Under the pieces are notes generated by a model, which ran no database searches, was not told the origin of the DNA, and was given only the letters and a program-made list of their open reading frames with translations. A stretch of 64,000 nt of DNA. Origin: Candidatus Sulfomarinibacteraceae bacterium (GTDB lineage: Bacteria > Acidobacteriota > Thermoanaerobaculia > Thermoanaerobaculales > Sulfomarinibacteraceae). Positions 20,291 to 30,312 of this stretch are shown in pieces. Made by a program: the position numbers and the translations under genes. Location: the NCBI GenBank assembly GCA_963715955.1, contig CAVQSQ010000024.1:7139-71138 (forward strand), in the 5' to 3' direction. The number at the start of each line of letters is the position of its first letter. Position 1 is the first letter of the stretch.

Positions 20291-20830
20291 GTGGCGAGCG
20301 AATGTCAGGCAATTCAGGAGGCCCTCTCCGAACACCGCGGAGAGGTTGATCGTCTCGGTGTCGCCGAGCGGCAGCACGTCGACGCCTGCCCGGGCTGTTC
20401 GGAGGTCGCCGCCGCCGAAATGGCCCTCGGTCTCATCTTTCGCGAGGCGGTTGCGCCTGCCGACCCGTCGGTGGTCGTGGGTGTGATGTCCGCGCTGCGA
20501 CCGGTTCGGATCCGCCGCCGGGTCGTGGCTTTCGTGCCGGTCGCGGCATCGTTGCTGATCGCCGTGGTCGGAGCATTGCTGATCGGCGGCGTCCCCGGCA
20601 GCGGGGTCGTCTCGCTGCTGCCCGGTTGGTCGGCGCAGGGTTGGTCCGCCCTTCTGGGAGGCGTTTCCGATTGGTACAGCGTGACCTCGACCGGTGTCTC
20701 GGCGGCAACCGCAGCAATCGACCCGGCCTTCCTCGCGGCAGCCGGGGTGATCTCCTTGATTGGTCTAGCGGGCGTGGTTGCCACCGCTAGGCGATGGCGT
20801 AAGATCTCGCCATGGCGCAAAAGCCGCTAA
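20291..20830 (+). CDS. Putative zinc-finger (ZAS-type) anti-sigma factor, membrane-spanning
   Basis: Immediately downstream of the ECF sigma. H-x3-C-x2-C (HVDACPGC) motif and a central TM helix. Confidence 0.55.
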   Translation: MASECQAIQEALSEHRGEVDRLGVAERQHVDACPGCSEVAAAEMALGLIFREAVAPADPSVVVGVMSALRPVRIRRRVVAFVPVAASLLIAVVGALLIGGVPGSGVVSLLPGWSAQGWSALLGGVSDWYSVTSTGVSAATAAIDPAFLAAAGVISLIGLAGVVATARRWRKISPWRKSR

Positions 20831-21675
20831 TTCTCCTCACAACGTTCGTTGTCTCCTGGTCATTGTTCAGCGCTCCGGCTGAGGCCGGACCCAGCGAGAC
20901 CGCGGTCCTCGCCGATCTCGTGGTGGACGGCCCTGTCGACGGCGACGTGGTGGTCTTCGCCGCCGATCTGGTTCTCGGCGAGAATGCCCGGGTGAGGGGG
21001 GACGCGGTGGCCGTCGGCGGAAATATCCGGCTCGAACCCGGCGCCGGGGTCGGCCGCCACGTGCTCGCGGTACTCGGAACCACCGAAGTGTCGATTGGCG
21101 CGACGGTAGGTGGTCGGGTGCTCTCCTTCGCATCTTTGGCGAGTTTCGTCGACGTCCCCGGGGGCAGGCCCGCGTCGCCTCGGGTCGGTGTGGCCGTGCG
21201 GCTCCTGGCCTCGGGGGGGTGGCTGCTGGTGGCAACCGGTCTCGCCTTCCTCTTTCCAGTCCGATTGCGTTATGGAGCTTGGGCGCTGTCGCCCCTGGGT
21301 CACAAGGTGCCGGCCCTGGGGGCTCTCGTCGCTCTCACCGTCACCGCATCGTTGGTGGCGGCCCTCGGGCTCGGACCGGCCCTCGGTGTGCCCCTGATCG
21401 CGGGTTTGATGGCCGTGTTCTTCGCCGGCAAGGCCGCCGGCCTCACCGTTTTGAGCTGTGCGGCGGGAACGTTCGTGTTGCGACGCTGGCTGCACCATCC
21501 TCTGCCCATCACCCTCGAGGTCTTTGTCGGGATGCTGGTGTTGCTGGCTCTTCGGTTCCTCCCCTTTGCGGGTGAGACCTTGTGGTCTCTGCTGTCGATC
21601 ATGGCCCTGGGCGCGAGCGTGGCGGTGATCGGGGTCGGGCCCGGCGAAGCCGCGGCCGATCCCGCGCGATCCTGA
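20812..21675 (+). CDS. Membrane protein with N-terminal bactofilin-like beta-helical repeats
   Basis: Signal peptide, repetitive G-x-V/I-x-G stretch (DGDVVVFAADLVLGENARVRGDAVAVGGNIRLE) and C-terminal TM helices. Overlaps the anti-sigma gene by 19 nt. Confidence 0.4.
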   Translation: MAQKPLILLTTFVVSWSLFSAPAEAGPSETAVLADLVVDGPVDGDVVVFAADLVLGENARVRGDAVAVGGNIRLEPGAGVGRHVLAVLGTTEVSIGATVGGRVLSFASLASFVDVPGGRPASPRVGVAVRLLASGGWLLVATGLAFLFPVRLRYGAWALSPLGHKVPALGALVALTVTASLVAALGLGPALGVPLIAGLMAVFFAGKAAGLTVLSCAAGTFVLRRWLHHPLPITLEVFVGMLVLLALRFLPFAGETLWSLLSIMALGASVAVIGVGPGEAAADPARS

Positions 21676-21776
21676 GGCGTCGGCTCATCGCCGCCCGCCC
21701 GGCACTGGACGGGTGAAAAGACGATTCTTGCCTTGAAATGCTATACTTCGCGTTCCCTTCGGGGAGAGGTGCGCGT

Positions 21777-22307
21777 GTGAAGATCGATATCTCATCTCTC
21801 GAGCAGGAACCGCTGCAGTTTGACGAGCGGTTCACGGTGGAGCCCGAGCGGCTCGACGGTGAAGTTGTGACCACGCCGGTGGCGGTCCGACTCGAGGGCG
21901 AGGTGCGGGCTGACGGCGAGGCCGTGACCGTCTCCGGCCTGTTTCGTGCGGAGGGATCGGTCGCCTGTTCGCGATGTCTCGACGACGTGCAGTGGACCGT
22001 GAACGAGCCCTTTTCCGTCGAGTACCGGTGGCCCGACAACGCCGCCGGCGATGGCGAGATCGGTCTCGAAGAAGAGGATCTCGATGTCTCGTTTCTCGAG
22101 GGAAACGAGCTCGACCTTTTGGAGTTGGCGGCAGAGCAGATTCTCTTGACCCTGCCGATGCGAATTCTGTGCGACGAAAACTGTGCCGGGCTGTGTCCGA
22201 CCTGCGGCGCCAACCGCAACCGGGCCAGCGCCTGTGAGTGCCCGCCGGAGGTCGACCCGAGGTGGCAGGCCCTGGCGGATCTGAAGAGCCCGGGTACTGA
22301 AAGCTGA
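21777..22307 (+). CDS. yceD: YceD/DUF177 large-subunit rRNA accumulation protein
   Basis: Conserved position upstream of rpmF. CSRCL ... C-x2-C-x3-C-x2-C (CDENCAGLCPTCG) signature. The GTG start is uncertain. Confidence 0.7.
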   Translation: MKIDISSLEQEPLQFDERFTVEPERLDGEVVTTPVAVRLEGEVRADGEAVTVSGLFRAEGSVACSRCLDDVQWTVNEPFSVEYRWPDNAAGDGEIGLEEEDLDVSFLEGNELDLLELAAEQILLTLPMRILCDENCAGLCPTCGANRNRASACECPPEVDPRWQALADLKSPGTES

Positions 22308-22334
22308 TGAACTGAACTCGATTGGAGTCTGAAG

Positions 22335-22520
22335 ATGGCGAACCCGAAACACAAGATCTCGAGAACGCGCCGCGACAAACGGCGGTCGCACGACGCGCTG
22401 AGCACCCCTGGCAAGAGCCTCTGTACTTCGTGCTTCGAACCCAAGCCGCCTCACCAGGTGTGTCCACATTGCGGAAGCTACAAGGGCCGTGAGGTGATTC
22501 GGGTCGAAGAGCTCGACTGA
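22335..22520 (+). CDS. rpmF: 50S ribosomal protein L32
   Basis: MANPKHKISRTRRDKRRSH and CxxC...CxxC zinc ribbon. Confidence 0.95.
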   Translation: MANPKHKISRTRRDKRRSHDALSTPGKSLCTSCFEPKPPHQVCPHCGSYKGREVIRVEELD

Positions 22521-22650
22521 CGACCGGGGCCTGTGGCTCATCGTTCATCATCCGGGAGAGCGAGGGATGCCGGAAATCCGGGATCTCACACCGGTCTCCC
22601 ATCCGGCTGGCGGCGTGAACCGACGCCCCGGAGCAGATCTTCGGTGAAGT

Positions 22651-23679
22651 ATGCGCCCTAAGGGCCCCATCGCCGTCGATGCCATGGGGGGAGACGGCGC
22701 TCCGCAGGCGATCGTTCGCGGCACCCTCGAGGCGGTCACCGAGCTCGGGATTCCGGTCCTGCTGGCCGGGCCTCTCAAGCGGCTCCGACGCGAGCTGGGG
22801 CGTTTCCGGTCCCTGCCGTCAGGGCTCGAGCTGATCGATGCGCCGGATGTGGTGGCCATGCAGGACCCACCGGTCAGTGTGCTCCGGGGCAAGAAGCGGT
22901 CGTCGCTCAATGTCTGCGCCGAGCTCGTCCAGGATGGTGCGGCGAGAGCCATGGTCACGGCCGGCAACACCGGTGCGGCGTGGGTGGCGGCAAAGGCGGC
23001 GCTGGGTATGATCGAAGGCGTCGACCGCCCGGCACTGGCCGCCGTCGTTCCCAAGAGCGAGGGCCAGACCCTGATTCTCGATGTCGGCGCCAACGTCGAG
23101 TGCAAACCCCATCAACTCGTCCAGTTCGCGGTCATGGGATCGCTCTACGCCACCGGGGTTCTCGGGGTCAAGAACCCCCGGGTGGGTCTGATGTCGGTCG
23201 GCGAGGAGGAGAACAAGGGCGGACCGAGAGCGCGCCAGCGCATCCTTTTCCTCAAGGCGGCCGGAATTCGCTTCGTCGGCAACGTCGAGGGCGGCGACGT
23301 TTTCAACGACAAGGTGGACGTGATCGTCTGCGACGGTTTCACCGGCAATGTGATCCTCAAGGTGTCCGAAGGATTCGGGGAAATGGTCGTCAGCATGTTG
23401 ATGGACGAGGCGAGGCAGTCGCCGATGTACGGAGCCGGCCTCCTGATGGCCAAGGGGGCATTCCGGAATCTCCGCAGCAAGGTCGACTACTCCGAGTACG
23501 GCGGCGCGCCGCTGCTCGGAGTCAACGGTGCCTGCCTGGTCTGTCACGGGAGATCCAGCGCCAAGGCGATTCGCAACGCGATCCGCTTTGCCGAAAGTTA
23601 TGCGGCGAGTGGAGTGATCGAGACCATCGGCGACACGATCTCCAATGTCCTGGCGACCTCCTCCGACGGAAAGGAATGA
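22651..23679 (+). CDS. plsX: Phosphate acyltransferase PlsX
   Basis: IAVDAMGGDGAP N-terminus, VVCDGFTGNVILK, GAPLLGVNG. Confidence 0.9.
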   Translation: MRPKGPIAVDAMGGDGAPQAIVRGTLEAVTELGIPVLLAGPLKRLRRELGRFRSLPSGLELIDAPDVVAMQDPPVSVLRGKKRSSLNVCAELVQDGAARAMVTAGNTGAAWVAAKAALGMIEGVDRPALAAVVPKSEGQTLILDVGANVECKPHQLVQFAVMGSLYATGVLGVKNPRVGLMSVGEEENKGGPRARQRILFLKAAGIRFVGNVEGGDVFNDKVDVIVCDGFTGNVILKVSEGFGEMVVSMLMDEARQSPMYGAGLLMAKGAFRNLRSKVDYSEYGGAPLLGVNGACLVCHGRSSAKAIRNAIRFAESYAASGVIETIGDTISNVLATSSDGKE

Positions 23680-23680
23680 G

Positions 23681-24619
23681 ATGACTTCGATTGCCGCGTT
23701 GTTCCCTGGCCAGGGGAGCCAGACCGTTGGTATGGGCCGCGATCTCGCCGACAAGTGGCCGGCAGCTGCCGCGGTCTTCGAGGCCGTGGACCGCGGGCTT
23801 GAAAGCCCGCTCTCCGATCTCTGTTGGAATGGACCGGAAGAGGACCTCCGGCTGACGGAGAACACCCAACCCGCGCTGCTCGCCCATTCAGCAGCCGCAT
23901 GGTCGGTGCTGTCCGACGCCGGTTTGAAAATCGGCGCGGTGGCCGGCCACAGCCTTGGCGAGTACTCGGCGGTGGTCGCAGCCGGTGGTCTCGGCGTCGA
24001 CGACGCGGCCCGCACGGTCAGGCTTCGCGGCCGGCTGATGCAGGCTGCTGTCCCGGTCGGCGAGGGCGCAATGGCAGCGGTCATCGGGCTTGACGACCAC
24101 CAGGTGGAGGCGGCCTGCCGGGCGCAAGAAGCGGCCGGCGGAGGGATCGTGGCCGCCGTCAATTTCAACTCGCCGGGCCAGGTGGTGATCGCCGGCGGGA
24201 CGGCCGCTGTCGAAGGCGCCGGCGAACGCTGCAAGGAGCTCGGTGCGCGACGGGTGCTCCCGCTGCCGGTGTCGGCGCCGTTTCATTCGCCGCTGATGGC
24301 CCCGGCTCGCGCAGGCCTGGAGCCGACCCTCAACGGGCTCGATTTCCGGCCGCTCGGAATGCCGTTGTACCGCAACGTCGATGCAGCGGCGGTGACGGCC
24401 GCCGACGATGTCCGAGATGGGCTGATACGACAGGTGGATGCGCCGGTGCTGTGGTCCGAGATCGTTCGCCGGATGCTCGCCGACGGGTTTGACACCTTCG
24501 TCGAGGTTGGGACGGGCAACGTCCTGTGCGGTCTGGTTCGTCGCATCGACAAGGACGCGGTGTGCTACCCGGCGGGTACAGTTGAAACGGTTGAAAAGGC
24601 GATCGCGGAACTGACTTGA
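23681..24619 (+). CDS. fabD: Malonyl-CoA:ACP transacylase
   Basis: ALFPGQGSQTVGMG, GHSLGEYSA active-site serine motif. ATG lies 1 nt after the plsX stop. Confidence 0.9.
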   Translation: MTSIAALFPGQGSQTVGMGRDLADKWPAAAAVFEAVDRGLESPLSDLCWNGPEEDLRLTENTQPALLAHSAAAWSVLSDAGLKIGAVAGHSLGEYSAVVAAGGLGVDDAARTVRLRGRLMQAAVPVGEGAMAAVIGLDDHQVEAACRAQEAAGGGIVAAVNFNSPGQVVIAGGTAAVEGAGERCKELGARRVLPLPVSAPFHSPLMAPARAGLEPTLNGLDFRPLGMPLYRNVDAAAVTAADDVRDGLIRQVDAPVLWSEIVRRMLADGFDTFVEVGTGNVLCGLVRRIDKDAVCYPAGTVETVEKAIAELT

Positions 24620-24632
24620 GACGGAGGGCGAC

Positions 24633-25367
24633 ATGGGAGAGTTCGACGGCCAGATTGCGGTGATCACCGGCGGGGCGCGCGGCATCGGTGCCGAGATCGC
24701 CCGTCGTTTAGCGCGCGGCGGCGCGACGGCGGTGTGCGTGGATGTTCTCGACACTCAGGAGATCGTGGCCGAGATCACGGGCGCCGGTGGGGCGGCCGAG
24801 GGCCATCACCTCGATGTCACCGACGCCGAACAGTCGGCCCAGTGCCTCAAGGCGATTCACGACACGCACGGACGGATCGACATTCTCGTCAACAACGCAG
24901 GGATCACCCGCGACCAGCTGCTGGTGCGGATGAAACCGGAGGACTGGGACCTGGTCCTCGGCATCAACCTCGACGGTGTGTTCAAGGTGACACAGCCGGT
25001 GGCCAAGATGATGATGAAGGCGAGGAACGGCCGCATCGTCAACGTGGCCTCGGTGGTGGGTCTCATGGGGAATGCCGGGCAGGCCAACTACGCCGCTTCC
25101 AAGGCGGGCCTGATCGGGTTCACCAAGAGTCTCGCCCGCGAGCTCGGACCGCGCAACATCACGGTCAATGCGGTCGCGCCGGGCTACATCACAACACCGA
25201 TGACCGACAAACTCACGGACGACCAACGTGACGCGTTGCTCAAGAACGTCGCCATCCCGCGCCTCGGCACTCCGGAGGATGTGGCGGAGGCGGTGGCGTT
25301 CCTGGCCGGTCCCGGGGCCTCCTATATCACCGGTGTGGTGCTCAACATCTCGGGTGGGCTCTATATT

Positions 25368-25370
<3 letters not shown>
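24633..25370 (+). CDS. fabG: 3-oxoacyl-ACP reductase
   Basis: VITGGARGIG, NNAGITRD, YAASKAG SDR catalytic motif, NISGGLYI end. Confidence 0.9.
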
Positions 25371-25416
<46 letters not shown>

Positions 25417-25494
25417 TGCCCACCGACTCCCGGATCAGGTCGAGGGTGGGGAGTCTGAAGCGACGGACGGCCTGACGAGGTTTTTTCGGGTGGT

Positions 25495-27897
25495 ATGATC
25501 GGCGCTGTGACGACGTCGCAGAACTCCAACAGCTCCTCAACGGTTGGACGCGTGGTCGGTCGGGCCCTGATTTCCGGTCTGCTCGCGGCGGCTGTTGCTT
25601 GCGCTCCCGGGGTGAAGACCGCTGACAACCCCGGTGATGTGCTGATTGTGACGCTCGACACCGCGCGCGCCGACCGGTTTTCTCATGCCGGACCGTCCCC
25701 GGTGACAACCGCAGCCACCGACCGGGTTGCGGCCGAAGGCGCCGCCTTCCTTGCAGCGGTCGCGCCGTCGCCGATCACTCTGGTCTCTCACGCGTCGCTG
25801 TTCACCGGCCAGAATCCTCCCAACCACGGCGTCCGCAACAACGGCGACTTCGCTCTCGGCCCGGAAGCTCTGACCCTCGCCGAAACCCTCGCGGACCGCG
25901 GCTGGGCCACCGCCGCCTTTGTGGGGGCGTCGGTGCTCGACAGCCGCTACGGTCTCGATCAGGGGTTCGCCGTCTACGACGACGCGATTTCCGGCACCGA
26001 CGCTTCGGGCATGTTCACCTACCCGCGGCGGCGTGGCGATGAAGTGGTTGCGGCAGCGCTGCGATGGCTGAACGCGGCGCCTCCAGGCCCCACGTTCGTG
26101 TGGGTCCACCTCTTTGACCCGCACGCTCCCTACGACCCCCCCGAGCCCGAACGCAGCATGTATCCGGAGAGCCTCTACGACGGCGCCGTCGCCTACGCCG
26201 ACAAGATGGTCGGCAGATTGCTCGACGGCTACCGCAGCCTCGGGCGCTACGAACGCACACTCGTGGTGATCACCTCCGACCACGGCGAGAGCCTCGGCGA
26301 GCACGGCGAGAAGACTCACGGTGTCTTCGTCTACGACGCCACGGTCAGGGTTCCTCTCGTCATACGCGGTCCCGGCGTGCTCGCCGGTGCCAGGGTGACC
26401 AACCCTGCCGGACTGATTGACGTGATGCCGACTGTTCTCGATCTTGCCGGGATCGCTGTTCCTCCAGGGGTGGAGGGTCGGGATCTCGGATCCGAGCTGC
26501 GGGGCAGCGGTTCAGTCGACGCCGAACGGGTCATCTATGTCGAAAGCCTGCTGCCGCTCATGTACTACGGCTGGAGCCCGCTGCACGGTCTCAGGACGGC
26601 GAAGTGGAAGTACATCCAAGGAGCCGGGACGGAGCTCTTCGACCTCGAGGTGGATCCCTCGGAAGACCGAAACCTGGCAGGCGCCAGCCCTGAGGTCACC
26701 GAACGGCTGGCATCCCGACTCGCCGCGATTCTCGACGACGAACAGTCCACGACAGCCGACCGGCTGGATGTCGACGACGAGGAGCGCAGCCGTCTCGCTG
26801 CCCTGGGGTATGTCTCGTTCGTGGGTGATGACGCGGCGGGGGACCCCCGACGCGACCGGCCGGATCCTCGCGAGCGCATCCACGTCATGGAACGGATGTA
26901 CGACGCCATGACGCGTTTCGCCGAGGGCGACATCGGCGGGGCGATGGCGGATCTCGAAGCGATGGTAGAGACGGAACCGGACAACTTCAGCGCCTGGGCG
27001 AGTCTCGCCGAGCTGCGATTCAGGGTCGGCGATTTCACACCGGCGGCTGTCGCCTGGGGCCATGCTGCTCGTCTCGCCCCACACAACTCGCGATACGCGG
27101 AGCTCGAGGCGAATGCACTCGAGAGGAGCGGACGATTCGAGGAGTCGCTCGCTGCATGCGACCGGGCTCTGGCCGTGGATCCGGACCGCGCCGGCGCACG
27201 TGACCTCCGTTGGCGGCTCCTGGCTCGCCTGGACCGTCGCGAAGAACTGGGGGCGGAGCTCGAAAGGGCACTGGCTGCCGACCCGAAAAACGGGATGGCG
27301 CGCCTCCTGTCGATTCAGTCCGCTCACGGGCAGGCGCCGTCACCGGAACTCGTAGAGGCGTTGGAGTCGGCCCTGCAGGACCTGCCCGGCGACCTCGCGC
27401 TGACCGCCGGGTTGGCGGCCGCATCCCTCGGGACCGGTGATGCTGAACGGGCCGCACGTCTCTACCGACAGGTGTTGGCCGAGCGACCGGGCGATCTCAG
27501 CGCGTCGTTGGTGCTTGGCGAACGGGCGCTCGAGGCCGGGGAGATCCAGGAGGCGCGGAAGATCTGTGAAGCCGGAGTGCGCCGGAACCCGGAACGGGCG
27601 CCGATGCAGGTCTTGGCGGCGCGGGCGCGGATGGCCGGCGGGGACGCCGGGGGCGCCCGCGAAGCGCTGGTTCGCGCCTACCAGCTGCAGCCGGGGTGGG
27701 CGGAGACCTGGCTCGCCGCGGGCGAGCTCGGAATTCTCGAAGGACTCCCGGAGCAGGCCGCTGCCAACCTCGACCGCGCCGCGGCAGCGGCCGGAGACGA
27801 TCCCGATCTCTGGCTGCGCCTGGCCGACGCCAACCGGCGTCTGGGCCGCGAGGACAAGGCCCAGGCCGCCGCGGAGCGCGCGCGGCAGGGTGGCTGA
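25495..27897 (+). CDS. Sulfatase-like (AlkP-superfamily) hydrolase/transferase with long C-terminal TPR domain, probable lipoprotein
   Basis: LAAAVAC lipobox-like N-terminus. LIVTLDTARADR, SPITLVSHASLFTG, VITSDHGESLGEHG motifs. About 400 aa of TPR helices. Confidence 0.7.
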   Translation: MIGAVTTSQNSNSSSTVGRVVGRALISGLLAAAVACAPGVKTADNPGDVLIVTLDTARADRFSHAGPSPVTTAATDRVAAEGAAFLAAVAPSPITLVSHASLFTGQNPPNHGVRNNGDFALGPEALTLAETLADRGWATAAFVGASVLDSRYGLDQGFAVYDDAISGTDASGMFTYPRRRGDEVVAAALRWLNAAPPGPTFVWVHLFDPHAPYDPPEPERSMYPESLYDGAVAYADKMVGRLLDGYRSLGRYERTLVVITSDHGESLGEHGEKTHGVFVYDATVRVPLVIRGPGVLAGARVTNPAGLIDVMPTVLDLAGIAVPPGVEGRDLGSELRGSGSVDAERVIYVESLLPLMYYGWSPLHGLRTAKWKYIQGAGTELFDLEVDPSEDRNLAGASPEVTERLASRLAAILDDEQSTTADRLDVDDEERSRLAALGYVSFVGDDAAGDPRRDRPDPRERIHVMERMYDAMTRFAEGDIGGAMADLEAMVETEPDNFSAWASLAELRFRVGDFTPAAVAWGHAARLAPHNSRYAELEANALERSGRFEESLAACDRALAVDPDRAGARDLRWRLLARLDRREELGAELERALAADPKNGMARLLSIQSAHGQAPSPELVEALESALQDLPGDLALTAGLAAASLGTGDAERAARLYRQVLAERPGDLSASLVLGERALEAGEIQEARKICEAGVRRNPERAPMQVLAARARMAGGDAGGAREALVRAYQLQPGWAETWLAAGELGILEGLPEQAAANLDRAAAAAGDDPDLWLRLADANRRLGREDKAQAAAERARQGG

Positions 27898-27998
27898 CGA
27901 GGCCTGGAACCCGATCAGCCGGAATCCGACCGGATTCGAGTCAACGGTCTTCGGCCTTCTTACCGGTATTCGGGTTACACTGTGGCTGGAGACAGCCG

Positions 27999-28421
27999 AT
28001 GCCTGGTCGAATGAACGTTGCCGATCTCATGTCCACCGATCTGGTGACTCTGACCGAGGACGAAACCCTCGCCCACGCCCAACGGTGTATGGCGCGAGGC
28101 CGCATCCGCCACCTGCCGGTGGTGCGCGACGGAAGGTTGACGGGCCTCATCACCCACCGTGATCTTCTGGCGGCGTCCTTCTCCATCTTCGCCGAAGTCG
28201 AACGCAACGAACAGCGCCGGATCTTCGACACCGTCCGGGTGGTTGAAGCCATGCACCGCGATGTGGTCACGGTGTCGCCCGACCTCGGGGTTGCCCAGGC
28301 TGCGAGCATTCTCCTGGAGAACAAGTACGGCTGCCTGCCGGTGGTGGATGGCGAGGGGGTCCTCGTCGGGATCGTGACCGAGGCCGACTTCCTGCGGCTC
28401 ACCGTGCGTCTTCTGAGATGA
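27999..28421 (+). CDS. CBS-pair domain protein
   Basis: VADLMSTDLVTL..IRHLPVV and VEAMHRDVVTV..YGCLPVVDGEGVLVGIVT. An alternative ATG exists at 28011. Confidence 0.75.
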   Translation: MPGRMNVADLMSTDLVTLTEDETLAHAQRCMARGRIRHLPVVRDGRLTGLITHRDLLAASFSIFAEVERNEQRRIFDTVRVVEAMHRDVVTVSPDLGVAQAASILLENKYGCLPVVDGEGVLVGIVTEADFLRLTVRLLR

Positions 28422-28891
28422 GCGTTCTCGACTGGGTGCTGATCATCCTCTGGATCGGCCTCACCCTCGGCGGTTTCTGGAAGGGTGCGGTGCGCCTGAT
28501 CTTCGGCGGCGGCGGGTTGCTGGCCGGGGTGTGGCTGGCGATCATCGCGGGCGCCGATGCCCAGTCCGCTCTCGAAGGGGTCCTGGGCGCCGGCTGGATG
28601 GCCGCCGTTCTCGGCCGGTTGCTTCTCGTAGTGCTGTGCACTGGCCTGAGCCTGCTCGCCGGATGGGGGATCGAGCACACCCTGACCTCGCTCAAGCTCG
28701 GTTGGGTGAACCGGCTCTTCGGCGCCGCCCTCGCGGGTGGGATCGCCGCCGTCTTTCTGGGCATGGTCGTGGTGGTCGCCATCCAGTTCTCACCGCAACT
28801 TGCCGATCTGTGCCGGGAGTCGATGGTGGCGCAGTACCTCTTGTGGGTGTCGGAGAAACTCCTCGGCGCGGTCGAAACACTCAGTACCTGA
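28418..28891 (+). CDS. cvpA: CvpA-family membrane protein
   Basis: ATGA overlap with the CBS gene. LDWVLIILWIGLTLGGFWKG start and four TM helices. Confidence 0.65.
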   Translation: MSVLDWVLIILWIGLTLGGFWKGAVRLIFGGGGLLAGVWLAIIAGADAQSALEGVLGAGWMAAVLGRLLLVVLCTGLSLLAGWGIEHTLTSLKLGWVNRLFGAALAGGIAAVFLGMVVVVAIQFSPQLADLCRESMVAQYLLWVSEKLLGAVETLST

Positions 28892-28996
28892 CCTCACTGC
28901 TGTCCCGGACGAATCTCGATGTGACCCTGCGACACTGAAGACGACTGTCCACGTCTCGTTCGGAGACATCGCGGATCCAGGCCGCAGGATACAGCT

Positions 28997-29074
28997 CTGA
29001 AGGTGGGCCAAGGCCCACCCGAAGCCCGCTTCGACACCGGGTCCGAAGCAGGGTGGGCCTTGGCCCACCTTCAG
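28997..29074. repeat. REP-like element: two perfect 24-nt inverted copies, each internally palindromic
   Basis: CTGAAGGTGGGCCAAGGCCCACCC (28997-29020) is the exact reverse complement of 29051-29074. Lies between the convergent cvpA and radical-SAM genes. Confidence 0.75.
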
Positions 29075-29121
29075 ACCGCAGCGGTTGGGTGGAGCCCGGA
29101 ACTCAACTCGAGCCGTTTCCT

Positions 29122-30246
29122 TCAGGCGACGATCGTCTCGGCCTCGATCGGACGGTAGAGGGTGTCCCGAAGCACCGGCACGCGGCCCGCTTCGGTGATC
29201 AGGGCCTCGAGTCTCTGCCGCGCCATTCCGGTGCCGGCGGTGCCCCCCGCGGCGTGCGTGATGCGTTCGTCGACGATGGTCCCGTCAAGGTCGTTGGCGC
29301 CGAATTCGAGCGCCACCTGGGCGACCTTCTCACCGAGCATGATCCAGTAGGCCTTGAGGTGCGGCACGTTGTCGAGGACCAACCGCGAGACCGCGATGGT
29401 CTGCAGGTCGAGACGACCGCCGGTGGGCGGCAGGTGGTCGAGTCTGGTGTTCTCGGGGTGGAATGCGAGCGGGATCAGACACTGGAAGCCGCCGGTCTCG
29501 TCCTGTAGCTGTCGCAACTGAAGGAGGTGATCGACGCGTTCGGCGGCGGTCTCGACGTGGCCGTAGAGCATGGTGCAGTTCGAGCGGATGCCCGCCCGGT
29601 GGACCGTGCGGGCGATGTCGAGCCAGCGTCCGCCGTCGGTCTTGTGGTCGCAGATCTGTTCGCGGACCCGCGGGGCGAAGATCTCTGCGCCGCCGCCGGG
29701 GCAGGAGTCGAGCCCGGCATCGCGAAGCCTGTTGATCGTGTCCTCGAGGCTGAGACGGGAGGCCTTGGCCAGGAAATCGAACTCGACCATCGTGAGGGCC
29801 TTCAGGTGGACCCAGGGAAAACGCTGTTTCAGGGCCCGAAAGAGGTCCTCGTAGTATTCGACCAGAAGCTTCGGGTGCAGCCCGCCGACGATGTGCAGCT
29901 CCGAAACCGACTCGTCGACATCGCGCGCGGCGATCTCGACGGCCTGCTCGACCGAGTAGGTCCAACCATCCTCCCGCTCCCGCCACGGGACGTAGAAGGC
30001 GCACAACTTGCAGGACGCCACGCACACGTTGGTGGGGTTGAGATGGCGGTTGATGTTGTAGTAGGTGCGGTCGCCGTGCAGGCGCTCTCTGACCAGGTTG
30101 GCCAGACGCCCGACTCCCAGCAGGTCGTCGGTGGTCGCCAGTATCAACGCGTCGTCGCCGTCCAACCGTTCCCCTGCGAGCACTTTTTCCGCGACCGGCG
30201 CGAGGGCGGGATCGACGAGGCGGAAGTCTTCGACGGCACGTATCAC
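29122..30246 (-). CDS. Futalosine-pathway radical SAM enzyme (MqnE/MqnC family; aminofutalosine synthase-like)
   Basis: NPTNVCVASCKLCAF CxxxCxxC cluster, GGLHP, and a family-typical C-terminal half (FGANDLDGT). MqnE and MqnC cannot be separated by eye. Confidence 0.75.
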   Translation of the reverse strand: MIRAVEDFRLVDPALAPVAEKVLAGERLDGDDALILATTDDLLGVGRLANLVRERLHGDRTYYNINRHLNPTNVCVASCKLCAFYVPWREREDGWTYSVEQAVEIAARDVDESVSELHIVGGLHPKLLVEYYEDLFRALKQRFPWVHLKALTMVEFDFLAKASRLSLEDTINRLRDAGLDSCPGGGAEIFAPRVREQICDHKTDGGRWLDIARTVHRAGIRSNCTMLYGHVETAAERVDHLLQLRQLQDETGGFQCLIPLAFHPENTRLDHLPPTGGRLDLQTIAVSRLVLDNVPHLKAYWIMLGEKVAQVALEFGANDLDGTIVDERITHAAGGTAGTGMARQRLEALITEAGRVPVLRDTLYRPIEAETIVA

Positions 30247-30312
30247 AGAGTCATTATCCTTGCGACCGGGTCTCTTTTCAACTCGACCCCGTATTTTTCT
30301 CGAGGCTTCGAT

